Below, one piece after another: positions 1-12,997 of a stretch of DNA of 64,000 nt. A program made the translations under genes and the position numbers. This DNA comes from Felis catus (lineage: Eukaryota), in assembly GCF_018350175.1 (NCBI RefSeq), contig NC_058373.1, forward strand, positions 102,178,001 to 102,242,000, read 5' to 3'. Numbering within the stretch: position 1 is the stretch's first letter; each line of letters opens with the position of its first letter. The notes beneath the pieces are model-generated. The model was not told the DNA's origin, made no database searches, and saw nothing but the letters and a program-made list of their open reading frames with translations.

Positions 1-829
1 CCATGGTCTTGTTTAGTAGTGTAACATGTACAACGAACAGAGTTCTCACTTTATCACATAGGTAAATCTGAAAGGCAACCAGTGACAACCCAACTCCCCA
101 TTCCAATCCTTTCTTTATGCAACATAATACCACCCTTCACAGACAACAGGTGTTAACAGTTGGTTCACTTTGATTAAAACCAAAGTGAAAACAGTCAGGA
201 GGCCCTAGAGAGAACGATTTCTTTCAGTCTTCAATGGTGATGGGATAAGTATTTCATATTGCTGCCCCTACTAACTATTTGGTGCAACCAGCTAGCCAGC
301 AAAGGAGATGTAGAAAGTTACAGGTGTCAGTTGGTGGTACCATTAGAATATTAGAGTGAAATGTGGTGGAATTAATGAGAAATATATGCAAAAAATAGCT
401 CAACAGTCCCCTGAAGAACTTTTAGAGTAGTCTGAATATTCTTCTGACACTGTTTTTGTCACTTACTATAGGAATAAAACATTCATTTTATTATTGATTA
501 TGCCTTTTAATAAAACACCTTTCAGTAGCAACAAACTAAAAAAAAAAGATATCAAGTACACGTTTAACAAAATATTAAACACTAAATTTCTGCTTCTCAA
601 GAAGCTGATAATAAAAATGTTAACATGAACAAAATGTTAGTGGACATTTGCTACAGGGGCTGTTGTGATAATACCAAACACAGGAAAGACAGAAGACACA
701 GAACTCCTGAAGAAACTTGAGCATCTACTTTGTAAGCTAGTAGTTATCTTGAAACTTCCTGAAAACCATGTTTCTGCAGCTGCAGAAAGTGAGTTGGCAT
801 CTTGTCAGGCATGACTTTTCATAATAATT

Positions 830-1010
830 CAGTACTGTCCAATAGAACTTGCTGAGAGGACGGAAATTGTTTGGCTCCTGAGCAATTAAAATGTGGTTTC
901 AAATGTGGCTAGTGTGACTTGAGGACCTGAATGTTAAATTTAGTTAACTTTAATTAATTCAAATCTAAATAGCCACATGTGGCTAGGCTATTGTACTGAA
1001 CAGCTCAGCA
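830..1010. mobile_element. MER3-like hAT-Charlie DNA transposon remnant
   Basis: ctgtccaatagaact...aaatgtggctagtgtgact...aaatagccacatgtggctag resembles the recalled MER3 consensus. Confidence 0.65.
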
Positions 1011-1128
1011 CTAGAACAAACAACAGTGGTTCTAAATTAATTTTGTTCATTTTTCATTTTTTCTAGTGCAAGTAGGGAGTAAAGTTATAGCTGTTAATAT
1101 GCAGTCACCATTAGTAAGAGAACTTTTC

Positions 1129-1340
1129 GGCGCGCCTGGGTGGCTCAGTCGGTTAAGCGTCCAACTTCAGCTCAGGTCATGATCTCGCAGTCCGTGAGTT
1201 CGAGCCCCACATCAGGCTCTGTACTGACAGCTCAGAGCCTGGAGCCTGCTTTGGACTCTGTGTCTCCCTCTCTCTCTGACCCTCCCCTGCTCATGCTCTG
1301 TCTCTCACTCTCAAAAATGAATAAATGTTAAAAAAAAAAA
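1129..1340 (+). mobile_element. SINEC (Can-SINE)
   Basis: tRNA-like head gcgcctgggtggctcagtcggttaagcg, CT-rich region, aataaa plus A tail, aacttttc repeated on both flanks. Confidence 0.9.
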
Positions 1341-2621
1341 CCTTTTTTTTTTTTTAAAAAAACTTTTCAAACAGTTAAATGATACTGGTTTTATTACAAT
1401 GTCATTACAACGTTTAAATAGAAAATCAGTCAGATTGATTCCAATAATGGTTTAGTTTTCTCTCCAGTTCACAGAAACAAAGTAAAGCTTCTGAAAGTTT
1501 ATTCTGTGGAAGTAAAACATCTAACATTATTGGGAATTCTAACATCATTTGCAAAGTTTAATGCTAAAGATAAAATTCTTAATTTTCACAGTAATACCCA
1601 TTTTGGTAGAGCACAGCACTGTGGTAAAAACAAAGCACTTACTAAATTAAGAAATCTATGAAACACAAATGTACTTGGAATTGAAACTATAATTCATAAC
1701 CAAATGAACTATAGAAATGTATGAATCAAAACAGAAGCCACAGTAGTTGAATTTTGAGATAATTTAGTTTATACCCACAATGACTGAACAAAATTTTCAA
1801 AACAAGCTGATATTAGATACACGAAAATACTTCAGCATTGCATGAGATGGTTTCTCTCCTGCCCATCAATTAGATTTTTAAAATATATGAGTCTTTGAAG
1901 AATGACTTTATAAAACCTCAGTGTCCTATAATGATGGTGTTATTATCATCATCATCACCACCACCACCACCACCACTATTGGAAACACGTTCCCTAAGTC
2001 TTAGTTGCATTTTGTTCAAAATCAGTTAACGATCTTTAAGCATTCGACTCAAGCCTTTGAAGCTTTTGGTGAAAGGCAGTTAATGAAAACAAAGCTTATG
2101 GATAGGAAGACACTAAAATTTATCCCTACAAAAGCAAATTAAGAATTGAACAACTTGTACATTAAAAGCTGAAAGAGTGAATGATATCATTTTGAAATTC
2201 TCTCATTGTACTCTGGAATATCTTGACTTGTAAGAAGAATCTTCTGAGGGAACCCCTCTTTTTAACTATATAAATTTATATTCTGTGCCAAAATAAAATG
2301 AAACTGAGTAGGCTTAAAATTTGTGAAACATTCAAAGAAACCAGAAAACTTACTTGATGAATTAAAGAAAAAAAAATACATATATAAAATATAAAAAAAA
2401 TAAAAAGTAAAAAATATTGAAGAACTTACTATTGAAAAAGGGTACTCTGAATGAAGGTAAAAAGACAGAACCCATAAAAATACTAAAAGTAAAAGATTTA
2501 CCCATTTCAATTAAAACAGATTTTTAAAAATTGAAGACTCTTCCAGTTAGTAGAATTTTCTGAGCTTACCAGGTATGTGAGAACCTAGTTATTTTCTTAT
2601 ACTGAAAAATATTATGACCCT

Positions 2622-2795
2622 AGGGCACTTGGGTGGCTGAGTCGGTTAAGCGTCTGGCTCTTGATTTCAGCTCAGGTCATGATCTCACAGTTCATGGGAT
2701 GGAGCCTGCTTGGGATTCTCTCTTTCTGCCCCTGTGCTGGGGATCTCTCTCAAAAACAAATAAATAAGCATTAAAAAAAAAAAAGAAGAAAAAAT
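2622..2795 (+). mobile_element. SINEC (older subfamily)
   Basis: gggcacttgggtggctgagtcggttaagcg head and A-rich tail. Confidence 0.8.
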
Positions 2796-3105
2796 ATTAT
2801 GCTCTTAAAAAAAGAGTTAACTCATCTCACTTCAAGGTCTCAGCATAAATGCAACTCTGAGGATGACTGCAGCCAATTTTATAAGAAAAATAAAAATAAA
2901 AATAAGACTATATTGAAAAAAATATATTTTTCAGAAAAATGCCATGTTAGAGACAGGCTAAAAGAACTGACTAAAGTAGATGAGTATGTACCAAGAATAT
3001 TCTACTTATGTAAATGTTTATATGTTTAATATTTAGAAAATCAATGTAAATTTTTAAATGTTTTAATATCATAAATACGTCTTTAGGAAAAATATTTTAA
3101 AACAG

Positions 3106-3238
3106 GTTTTTGTGTTGTTGTTTTGTTTATTTTAGAGAGAGAGAGAGCACGTGAGTGAGCATGAAAGCAAGGGAGAGGGGCAGTGGGAGAGGGAGAGAGG
3201 CAGTGGGAGAGGGAGGGAGAGGGAGAGAGAGGGGGAGA

Positions 3239-3276
<38 letters not shown>

Positions 3277-3400
3277 CTCAGACAGGCTCCATGCTCAGCA
3301 CAGAGCCTAACTGGGAGCTTAATCTCACAACCAGGAGATCATGACCTGAGCCGAAATCAGGGAATCAGATGCTTAACCAACTGAGCCACCTAGGTGCCCA
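3106..3400 (-). mobile_element. SINEC with expanded (GA)n
   Basis: Reverse-oriented head (ctgagccacctaggtgccc) and purine microsatellite. Confidence 0.85.
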
Positions 3401-3486
3401 AAACACTTTTTGAACAGAAATGTTATAGCTCTATCAAAACAGAATAATTTGCTAATCAATAAATAATTTTAAAAATTATAATTTTA

Positions 3487-3698
3487 GGGGTGCCTGGGTG
3501 GCGCAGTCGGTTAAGCGTCCGACTTCAGCCAGGTCACAATCTCACGGTCCGTGAGTTCGAGCCCCGCGTCAGGCTCTGGGCTGATGGCTCAGAGCCTGGA
3601 GTCTGTTTCCGATTCTGTGTCTCCCTCTCTCTCTGCCCCTCCCCTGTTCATGCTCTGTCTCTCTCTGTCCCAAAAATAAATAAACGTAGAAAAAAAAA
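3487..3698 (+). mobile_element. Young SINEC_Fc-type element
   Basis: Head gacttcagccaggtcac; 16-bp TSD aaaaattataatttta (3471-3486 and 3694-3709). Confidence 0.92.
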
Positions 3699-3824
3699 TT
3701 ATAATTTTAATTCTTTTGAAATCCTTCTCCCCATTCCCAAAGGTGTCCCGGTTTAGATGATAAGAAAACCACTGTAAGTTTCTGAGTATAAGGACTAATT
3801 ATATCATGTCTTTATCCTCTTTGT

Positions 3825-4083
3825 TTTTTTGTTTTTATTTTTTTTAATTTAATTTTATTTTTTTTTTAATTTTTTTTTTTCAACGTTTATTTATTTTTGG
3901 GACAGAGAGAGACAGAGCATGAACGGGGGAGGGGCAGAGAGAGAGGGAGACACAGAATCGGAAACAGGCTCCAGGCTCTGAGCCATCAGCCCAGAGCCCG
4001 ACGCGGGGCTCAAACTCACAGACCGCGAGATCGTGACCTGGCTGAAGTCGGACGCTTAACCGACTGCGCCACCCAGGCGCCCC
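3825..4083 (-). mobile_element. Young SINEC_Fc-type element
   Basis: CpG-rich copy with long T tail; 16-bp TSD tctttatcctctttgt (3809-3824 and 4084-4099). Confidence 0.92.
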
Positions 4084-4149
4084 TCTTTATCCTCTTTGTG
4101 ACATAACTACAAGAAGCCAACGATTACCAAGGCATTTCTCACCATCTAG

Positions 4150-4797
4150 ATTCTCCATCCTCACTGAGCAATGTTCTTTTCCTAATCTGACCACCTCTCC
4201 CAAACCCTTCCATTGTGCCTCATGAAATTCATGGTTAGGCACCAGACTATCCTCAGCTTTTTTCCTGAACACTTCTTCTGAGAACACAGATTCCTCTTCA
4301 ATCCTCTTAAAAGGTGGTTGATTTCTGGGGTGCCTGGGAGGCTCAGTCGGTTAAGTGTCCAACTTCAGCTCAGGTCATGATCTTGCAGTTTGTGAGTTCA
4401 AGCCCCGCGTCAGGCTCTGTGCTGACAGCTCAGAGCCTGGAGCTTGCTTCAGATTCTGTGTCTGCCCCTACCATGCTCATGCTCTCTCTCTCTCTCTCTC
4501 TCTCAATAATAAATAAACGTTAAAAGAAATTTTTAAAGGTGGTTGATTTCTCTTCTACATTCTTTTGGGGCCTGTCAGTGGGCCTTCGTTCCATTTCATT
4601 ACCACTTCCATTCTATTGCTACACCATACTCTCTTTAAAAAAAAGGGGGGGGGCAAAAAAACTGCTTTGAGACCACCTACAAATTCCTAAAGAGAAATCT
4701 CCCATATTCCCTAAGGATTTTTAGCACAAGGTTCATTGTCATTCCCTAACAACACTATGCCTTTTAAAAAAAATGTTTATTTGTGAATTTTGAGAGA

Positions 4798-4844
<47 letters not shown>

Positions 4845-7800
4845 GGGGAGGGGTAGAGAGAGAGAGAAAATCCCAAGCAAGCTCCACACTAGCAGCTCAG
4901 AGCCTGACTCGGGGCTCTATCTCCTAACTGTGAGATCATGACCTGAGAGCCGGATGCTTAACCCACTGAGCCACCCAGGTGCTCTGAACAACACTATTCC
5001 TATCATAATTCTTAGTATTTGTAATATCCATATACACGAAGCCTTCTTATACTAAGTCTTGTCCTTCACTTCATCTCAGACTCCCATTGTCATAGAGTAG
5101 ATTTTGTCTTTACCAATATTGCAAATTCTTCATAATTTCAATTTCAATCATCCTAATCACTTATCTTTTTACCTGTACCCTTAATATCCTAACTTCAACC
5201 ATTTTTTACTTCTATTAGGATCTACAATCTATTGAAACTAACTTCTCACTATCTCTCACTCCCTCACAAATTCTCACATCCCTCCTAATCTGGCTTAGAT
5301 TCCACAACCTGTTCTTAAAATCACTTCTTTGCATCATCCTCAAACCCCCTCCCTTTGTCATACTTACCTGACAAAACCCCAACCGTGGTTAAATCCAACT
5401 GTATGCCCATTGGTAAGTAACATTTGCAGCTAAACGTGGCTAGCAAAAAACACATAACCAAGTTGTCTGATCTCACTTTAAATTCATGATCACTAACCTA
5501 AAGTAGACCATTAGTGTTGCCCACTATTCCAACTAACTATATTTCCCTAGGTCCTTCTTTTCTTTTTTTTTAATTTTTTTTTAACGTTTATTTATTTTTG
5601 AGACAGAGAGAGATAGAGCATGAATGGGGGAGGGTCAGAGAGAGAGAGGGAGACACAGAATCTGAAACAGGCTCCAGGCTCTGAGCTGTCAGTACAGAGG
5701 CCGACGCGGGGCTTGAACTCACCAACCGTGAGATCATGACCTGAGCCGAAGTCAGACGCTTAACCGACTGAGCCACCCAGGAGCCCCTAGGTCCTTCTTT
5801 TCTAATCATCTATCTCATATCTACTCCTCTTTCTTCAAACCCCCACAGCCTCCCCACTCTCAGCTAAAAACTTTGCTTCCTATTTTACTCAGAAAACTGA
5901 AGTAGTCTGTAGAAATTAGCCTCATATTCTCACTATGCCTCCTAGGTGCTCCTTCCCTCCACTTGTGAATTTGACCACGTTCCTACATTTGGCCACTTTC
6001 TCTCCCTTGTGCACTATATTGTAACCCCTCTTACCTACTCAAGGCCATCACTCCTGCAATTCTCCCTCTTCCTACCATAACATCAACTTATCCCTCCCTG
6101 GGATATGGATCATCGCCATTCATACATATACTGCATCTCTCACTTTAAAACAAAAACCTTCCCAGCGTGCCTGGGTGGCTCAGTTAAGCGGCCGACTTCA
6201 GCTCAGGTCATAATCTTGCTGTCTATGGATTTGAGCCCCGCGCCAGGCTCTGTGCTGACAGCTCAGAGCCTGGAGCCTCCTTCCAATTCTGTGTCTCCCT
6301 CTCTCTCTGCCCCTCCCCTGCTTGCTCTCTCTCTCTTTCTCTCTCAAAAATAATAAACATTAAAACAAAACCCTTTCCTGACCTCACATCGCTATCCAAC
6401 TACCCTTATTCTTTGAGTGCCATCCTCGCTAACTCTAATTCCTCCCTTTCCAGTTTTATGAATACACTGCAACAAGGTTTTCATTCTCACCACTCCATAA
6501 CAAAAGCTAGATCATCCATATTACCAAATCTAATGGTAAATTCTCAGTCCTCAACTTGACCCATCAGCAGCATTTGACATCGTTTATTATTTCCTCCTCC
6601 TTAAAATGCTTACTTCATTCGGCTTCTAGACATCATTCTTGTCTCTTGGTTTTCTACTTTTCTAGCCAGCCTGTCTTAAGTCTCCTTAGCTGGGTCTTCC
6701 TTCTTTAATTGGATCTCTAAATATTTTGGAGTGTCCGAGGGCTTAGCCCTTAAACTTTTTTTCTCAACTACATTTACTCCCTCTCTAGGTGATTTCACCC
6801 AAGTTCATAGCATTAAATATCTATTTATTAACTTCCACATCTAGATTTCCAGTCAAGACCTCAATCCTTAACTCCAGGAGACATCAGCAAAAGATACAGA
6901 TTTCTATTTCTAGCTCACATTTCTTAGCTTTAGACCCATTTATCTAACTGTCTACACCTCTAGTTGAATATCTCAAAGAAATATTCCAAATGTTCAAATG
7001 TAAACTCATAATCTCCACTCTTCTTCTACCTCTGAAATAAGCTCCTCTCCAAACATTTCAGATATCTGTGAATGGCACTGTCATCTCCCCAAATGTAACA
7101 CCCGGAGACATAGATGTGATCCCAGACATCTCCATCTCCTTCATCATTAATGTCTGATCTATCCTGTTGATTCTACCTTTTAAATATTTCCTGAATGCAT
7201 CCTCCTTTTTCCATGTCATGTCTTCTCTAGCCCAAGCTTCCATCACACTCCACAAGACTAATGCAGGTACCTCCTCAGTCTTTCTGCATCCACTTCTACT
7301 TTTCCACTTCATCTTCCACATAACTTCTCAAAAACAAGAGTCTGGGGATGCCTGGGTGGCTCAGTCGGTTAAGTGTCCGACTTCAGCTCAGGTCAGGATC
7401 TCACAGTTCATGAGTTCAAACCCCGTGTGGGGCTCTATGCTGACAGCTCAGAGCCTGGAGCCTGCCTAGGGTTCTGTGTCTCCCTCTCTCTGCCCCTCCC
7501 CTGCTCGCATTCTGTCTGTCTCTCTCTCAAAAATAAACAAACACTAAAAAAAAAAAGTCTGATCACATCTCTCTGCTTCAAGTTTTTAATACCTTCCTAT
7601 GGCTTTTAAAATGAAAACAAGATTCCTCAATAAAGCCCAGAAGGTCTTGGATAGGATGCCCATTGCTTACCATCCCAGATTTCATCTCTCATCAACCTCT
7701 GCATCACACTCTACATTTTGGCATCACTAGCTTTCTTTCTGTCCTTTGAGCATACCACGGTCCCTACCCCACTGGAATTTTTCAGGGTTCCCTCTGCCTG

Positions 7801-8140
7801 GAATGCCAACACCACCACCCCACTGCCACCCCCCATCTCTTTATACTCCCTAACACCTACTCAACCTTCAGATCTCATCTCAAGAAACACTTCTTCTGAG
7901 AAACCTTCCCCACCTTCCAAACTGTATCAACGTTCCTTCATATATGCTTATCATTATACCTATCATTTAATATTGCTAAGTATAATTCTAAACGTACATT
8001 CACTGTGGTGATTAATCTGTGCAGAGTGTCGGTCAATCTAAAAAGACTCTAAGGTCAATGAAGAGACTTGTTTGTACTACTGTATCTCTAGCCTCCACCA
8101 GAGTTGACATGCAAATATTTTTTCAATAAATGAATCAATA
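4150..8140 (+). mobile_element. Fragmented ancient LINE-2 in WDHD1 intron 2, interrupted by SINECs at ~4327-4530(+), 4765-4985(-), 5562-5788(-), 6163-6365(+) and 7344-7555(+)
   Basis: Decayed RT motif LDPSAAFDIV (cf. L2/CR1 LDLSAAFDT) at 6555-6584; L2-type 3' end aaatatttt...aataaatgaatcaata at ~8113-8140; SINE heads, tails and TSDs visible. Confidence 0.7.
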
Positions 8141-8266
8141 TAGGAGTGACAGTGGAAGCCACGAAACTGGATAGTACTGCAGAGTAATGAGATTTAGAAA
8201 GATAAAAAAGAGACCAGAATAATCCTGGGAAAAGATCACAATCAATTAAGCAAAGGAAGTAAGCTA

Positions 8267-8283
8267 GGGGGGGGGGGGGGGGG
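8267..8283 (+). repeat. G17 homopolymer
   Basis: Read directly from the sequence. Confidence 0.95.
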
Positions 8284-8699
8284 AGTCAAAAGTTAGAAAC
8301 AGTAAAAAAGGAAATAGTATCACAAAAGCCAAGGAAAGACACAACACCAAAACGACAGAAAGGGCCACTGAATTTGAGAAAGAGGCAGCTAGCCATCTGA
8401 CAAAATAATCACGTGGGATGCAGAGGACAAGTGAACAAAAGATAAATATGGGAGAAAGCTCACATCTTTCCAACTCCTCTGGAAGTAAGATTTTACACTC
8501 GTTAACTTTTTAGACATACTAAAACTACAAGGACGGCCCGAATCGAACAATAAACCTAAGGAAAATACATGTGCCATTTTAGACTTCAGTCTTTTTTCTG
8601 TCTGGTTGCGTCATTTTAGGCTGCTTATCTGACGCATAACAATAAATTTTGTAATATTTACACCTCAAACGTTCTTTTTCGTTTCTCAAAGTACCTTAC

Positions 8700-8776
8700 C
8701 TCCCCAAATCATCAAAACAGACATCTGTGTGTCCCTCGGTATGTCCAAATCTCATCGGCTTCTGGGTGGCAGGCAT
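8700..8776 (-). CDS. WDHD1: WDHD1 (AND-1/Ctf4) first coding exon; the rest of the gene lies left of the window
   Basis: Minus strand translates to MPATQKPMRFGHTEGHTDVCFDDLG(S), matching the recalled WDHD1 N-terminus (human MPATRKPMRYGHTEGHTEVCFDDSGS). Acceptor tttttag precedes 8792 (16-nt 5'UTR part); donor AG|gtaagg follows 8700 (77 coding nt). Confidence 0.95.
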
Positions 8777-8839
8777 CTTTCCTTCTACCCACCTAAAAAT
8801 GTTTTATCAAAACTAGTATTAGTTTAAAGGGGAGGAAAA

Positions 8840-9470
8840 GCCGGTGGCTGAAGAAGAAGCAGGGAAGTTAGTCTCCCGGTGGCCCCCTTTCCCCCACCTG
8901 AGTGGCACAAACAAGACAGAGCAGAGGGTTTGCCAGACAATTAGCCGGGAAGGGGACACGTTTCCCTTCGGTGCGCTGTAAGGCCACTGGCAGCGCAAGG
9001 GGGTACTCACCGAGAGAACCGAGCTACGCCGGTGAGGAAAAGCGTGGAACAAACGCCCGCGCCGGGCCGCTTCCCGCGCTCTGGCGTGCTCCCTACCACT
9101 GCGCCTGCGCCGGCCCGCCCGACCGCCCACGCCCGGCGCAGAGCAAGACCGAAGTCGCCGGGTGGTGGCGTCAGCTACGCGCCGCCTGCAAAGGAAAAAG
9201 CCGGTTGCTGGGGGAGTGAGGAAGAAAGGGAGGGTGCCGAACACGGAAGTGATGGCAGCGCCTTGGGAGCAGGTGGAGGCGGTGACCGCATCCTCTGAGA
9301 CCAGAACCCAGCGCCGAGGGGTGTCAGCTTGCAGAAAGGCATCCGCCTTATAGGACCTACAGGAGGTGCAGGAGTGACTGGGCCTCCCTTCACCTTAGCG
9401 AGTACCCAGAGTGATGGCGATGGTGATGGCGGCAGTTACTCGGACAGCCCCAGTTAAGCTGCGCTCTGAG
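8840..9470. promoter_or_regulatory. CpG-island bidirectional promoter shared by WDHD1 and SOCS4
   Basis: High GC/CpG with divergent first-exon donors at 9010 and 9473. Motifs: E2F-like TTCCCGC 9071-9077, NRF1-like TGCGCCTGCGC 9100-9110, GC boxes 9115-9128, ETS/GABP CGGAAGT 9244-9250, YY1-like GATGGCGGC 9425-9433. Confidence 0.85.
9011..9085 (-). other. WDHD1: WDHD1 non-coding exon 1 (5' boundary approximate)
   Basis: Strong minus-strand donor CTCG|gtgagt at 9011/9010 inside the CpG island, 218 nt upstream of the exon 2 acceptor. Confidence 0.7.
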
Positions 9471-9472
9471 AG
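9240..9472 (+). other. SOCS4: SOCS4 5'UTR exon 1 (TSS approximate)
   Basis: Consensus donor GAG|gtgagt at 9472/9473 at the edge of the CpG island; no other CpG-island promoter lies upstream of the SOCS4 CDS. Confidence 0.75.
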
Positions 9473-10739
9473 GTGAGTGGGGGAAGGGTGGTTGCTGCCT
9501 GGCCTTGTCGATTGGGGTCTGCTACCGCTTTCCAGGCTCTCCTAACATGCAACCATGTCCGAGTTCCTGAACTTGTCCAGCCCCTCCGTGGGGCTCTGCT
9601 AAAGAATGAGGTATTTGAGCATCTTCTCCCCAGAAGAGCAAGACTCTTCCCAAACCTTTCATCTTGGCATCCTTCGCACCCTCACCTTGTCGTTTCTATG
9701 GAGATAAAGAAGGGAAGACTTTAATCTTAGTTCTCAGTCTCTGGAGGTATGGCCCGTACATTAATGCTTATTTGGGGGGCACTCTTTACATATATATATA
9801 TCCCAGAAGAAGAAAGTAACTTGGGTTTCCCCGTTTAGACCCGACCTGAAGTTCACTGGAGTGAGTACTTAGATCTAAAAGAAGAGCCAGAACTAAAATA
9901 TATTGTTGAATACTTCGCTCCTTCCAGTCTGCGCGAAGGTCTTGGCCATTAAGTTTATGGTTTAGATTGTGTCCCCATGTTGGTGGACCAGTCTCTGTTG
10001 AATACCTTCACAATTGCGTATTTTTGTGGTACCCACCTTGTAGTCTCCATCGGACACTAGTTTATGACATAAATGAGACTTTTTTTGTTACAGAGATTTC
10101 CCCATTATTTTTTAATCTAGTCCCATTGTGAAAAGTTGCACAGTTACACAAACCGTGCTATTGTTCTTAAGGTCTTGGCATTGTGTGAAGAGTTGTTTTG
10201 AGTACTAGCGCTCCCAGTAGGTTTCCTAGATACTTAAGTTTGGTATATGAATGAAGAGGAAGAATGATGAGCCGAAAATGAGCTTGGGATTTATGGGAAA
10301 ATAGCCAACCTATTGTTGATTTCCCACAACAGCCAAAGATACCTGAGATGATTCTTTCTGAGTGACTTAATTTTATTTGGATATCATTCGTTAGTTTTAA
10401 CATAGACTGATTTGTAATTTTTTTATCCAAGTGAATATAACTGGATAAACTATGGGATTAAAGATGAACTCTGATAATATTTGTCTCTGTACTGAGTATA
10501 TCATGATGACATTTCAAGGTAGTAATATTCAGACCTCAGCCTAAGAAGAATCTATAAATTGGGCCAACAGTTATAGGTATAAAATGACCTAACTATGATA
10601 TCTATAACACCATGTAACTTTAAACTCTGAATGGTGTCTGTACTTCTCTCCCTTCACTCTGTCTTAGCAATCAGGCCCTGTGATTCATAGGTTAAAGAAA
10701 AATTTCCTTTACAAATTTCACATGTTTGACAAGAACTTG

Positions 10740-10900
10740 GGCCTTAGAGTTGAACAACTGTAGGTTTTAATTTTCACTCTGTTAGTTACTCATTGTATGA
10801 CCTTGAATATGCTTTACTTTTTCTGAATGTCATATTCCTCATCTCTAAAATGGAGACATTACTTCCATTGATTGTTACAGTGTATAGGAGATACTCATGG
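10740..10900 (+). mobile_element. MIR remnant
   Basis: tgaccttgaa...ttcctcatctctaaaatgga MIR core. Confidence 0.6.
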
Positions 10901-11334
10901 ATGTATAAAACTAATTGTTACTAATGTCTGGTGTTATTAACAGGGTGCTTGGGTGGGTACTTAATGTTTTTATTCAAATTGGAATTTATTTTTGTTTAAA
11001 TCATTAAGCAAAATTTTTAAAATAGTTTTCAAACATTAAAAGATGTATTCTTACTTTTGCGAGTATAATATTTTCACAAGTCCCATTTCTCGTTCAAAAG
11101 CCTGCAAATTTTAATGTCAATGAGTTCATGGCCTTGTTGATGGAAACTGACATTCAAACAACATGTATTAGACAGTGTAGTAATGAAATGCATGTAACTT
11201 AAATGTTTGCAAAATTGTTTGGTTATTTAGGATAACATAGCTTTTTTAAAAAATCCATTGTAGCTGTCACTGATCTGGCTGTCAAAATTTTCCAAATGGA
11301 TTTATTTATCATTCATAGTACGTGTCTCACAGGA

Positions 11335-11590
11335 GTGGGGGTAGCTGAATGAACTCACTGAAAATGATCCCAAGGTCGCAGTTTCAATGCAATGAAGATT
11401 AGCTTTGCTCTGTTGCGACCACTTTTAGGACCCTTAGGCTCACAAATACTGTTCTCAAGGGCAATAGGGTGAGAGAATACGAATATATATTATCATTCTG
11501 CTGATGGTGATGAGTGTTATCTATATCATATACTCGGAGAGACTCAGTTTATCTGAGAAGTATATCAGTATTACCTTATGGAAGGAGTTT
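11335..11590 (+). mobile_element. Ancient tRNA-derived SINE remnant (MamSINE1-like)
   Basis: gggtagctga...ccaaggtcgcagtttcaat...ttagctttgctctgtt resembles the recalled MamSINE1 head. Confidence 0.4.
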
Positions 11591-12914
11591 AAAAAATGCC
11601 TTTTCAATACAATATGTACTCGATGTAAAAATCACTAATTATGTGAAAGAAGGCTGGAAGAGAAGGTTAAAATAACTGAAGGGAACAGAGTATTGAAAAA
11701 AATAACAATGAAGACAGTTTAGAAATCTGATTTGTGTATCTCTGAAGGTGTCCTGAAACTTACCAGCTATTTAATTTTTGGAGTAAATATTACTTGGCAT
11801 ATGTATAAACTTCCTAAGGTGTAAAAGGCAATATAGTAAAAGTTCTATTTCCAGCTATCCAGTTCCTGTGGCTAAAGACAGCCATACTATTTGATTATGT
11901 TGTTAACATGGATAGTGGATCCTTACACAGCAAGACAAATATAATCACTCTTTTATTGATGAAGAAACCAAGATTTGGAAAGATTGTGGTTTGTCCAAAG
12001 TCATACTCCTACCAAATGTCAGAACTAGAAGTAGAGGACATGTCTTTTTTTTTTTTAGAGCACAGATCTTTTTCCTTCTGGTTCAAGGTAGTCTACTATA
12101 CTGCCTCTCCAAATCATAACTGTTGCCATAAAACTTAGAATTTAATAAAACATATCAGGACACTAAAGCATTTTATTTAAATGAATCATCTTAAAAGAAT
12201 CATCTTATAGTAGTTTGTTAACAACTAGCATAGGTAAAATGTCACCCAGGCTAAAATGTAAGCATATGTAATTATTGTAAAACAGTGGAAAGAATAATTT
12301 ATAATTAGTTTAAAAAAAACCTACCTACTATTTCTGTTGAAATCTATCTATTTACTAAGTTAGCTTGCAAGAAACTACAGTTTCTTTAATAATTAAAAGT
12401 TTGGTTATTTATACCCATAATATTTTTATAAAGAATTTATAAAGTTTTATAACTTTCTAAAAAGACACTGTTTAATATCAGGAATAACATAAAGTGTTTT
12501 ATGATATTTCAGATGCTGAAGCCTCCTCCATCTCACATTTTCGAGGTATATTTTTGTGTAGATTTTCTAGCCTTATAGATGGCCTGTTTCCTCTTGTTAC
12601 TTTTTAAAAATTTTGCAACTTTCCAACCTCTCGTTTTTAGAAATTAACTTCTACATGAAAAGTTCTGAATAATAATAGAAGGTAGCAAAATATGTATTTT
12701 CATTAAGCTCAATGCTATGCTATTTTCATATGCCTTAATCCTGGCAGTAAAAACAGGAGACAGCTTGCGTTATCCAGATTTTACAATGTGAAAACTGAAG
12801 CTAAATTAGATTTTAAAAATCAGGTGACATAACTAGTAAGTAACAAATTCTGAATTTTAGCCCATGTTTGATGATTTAGACCCTTATGCTATTTCATCTG
12901 CACCATGCTTCACT

Positions 12915-12946
12915 TTTTTTTTAAGTTTATTTATTCATTTTGAGAG

Positions 12947-12997
<51 letters not shown>

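Noticed and set aside
1..8699. Further WDHD1 coding exons
   Set aside because: The expected next exon (FIVTCGSDGD...) was not found, so it presumably lies left of the window.
8819..9393. Arg/Ala/Pro-rich ORFs on both strands at the bidirectional promoter
   Set aside because: CpG-island artefacts that cross splice donors.
12513..12545. Possible 33-nt cryptic SOCS4 exon (ttcag|...gag|gtatat)
   Set aside because: Weak pyrimidine tract and weak donor.
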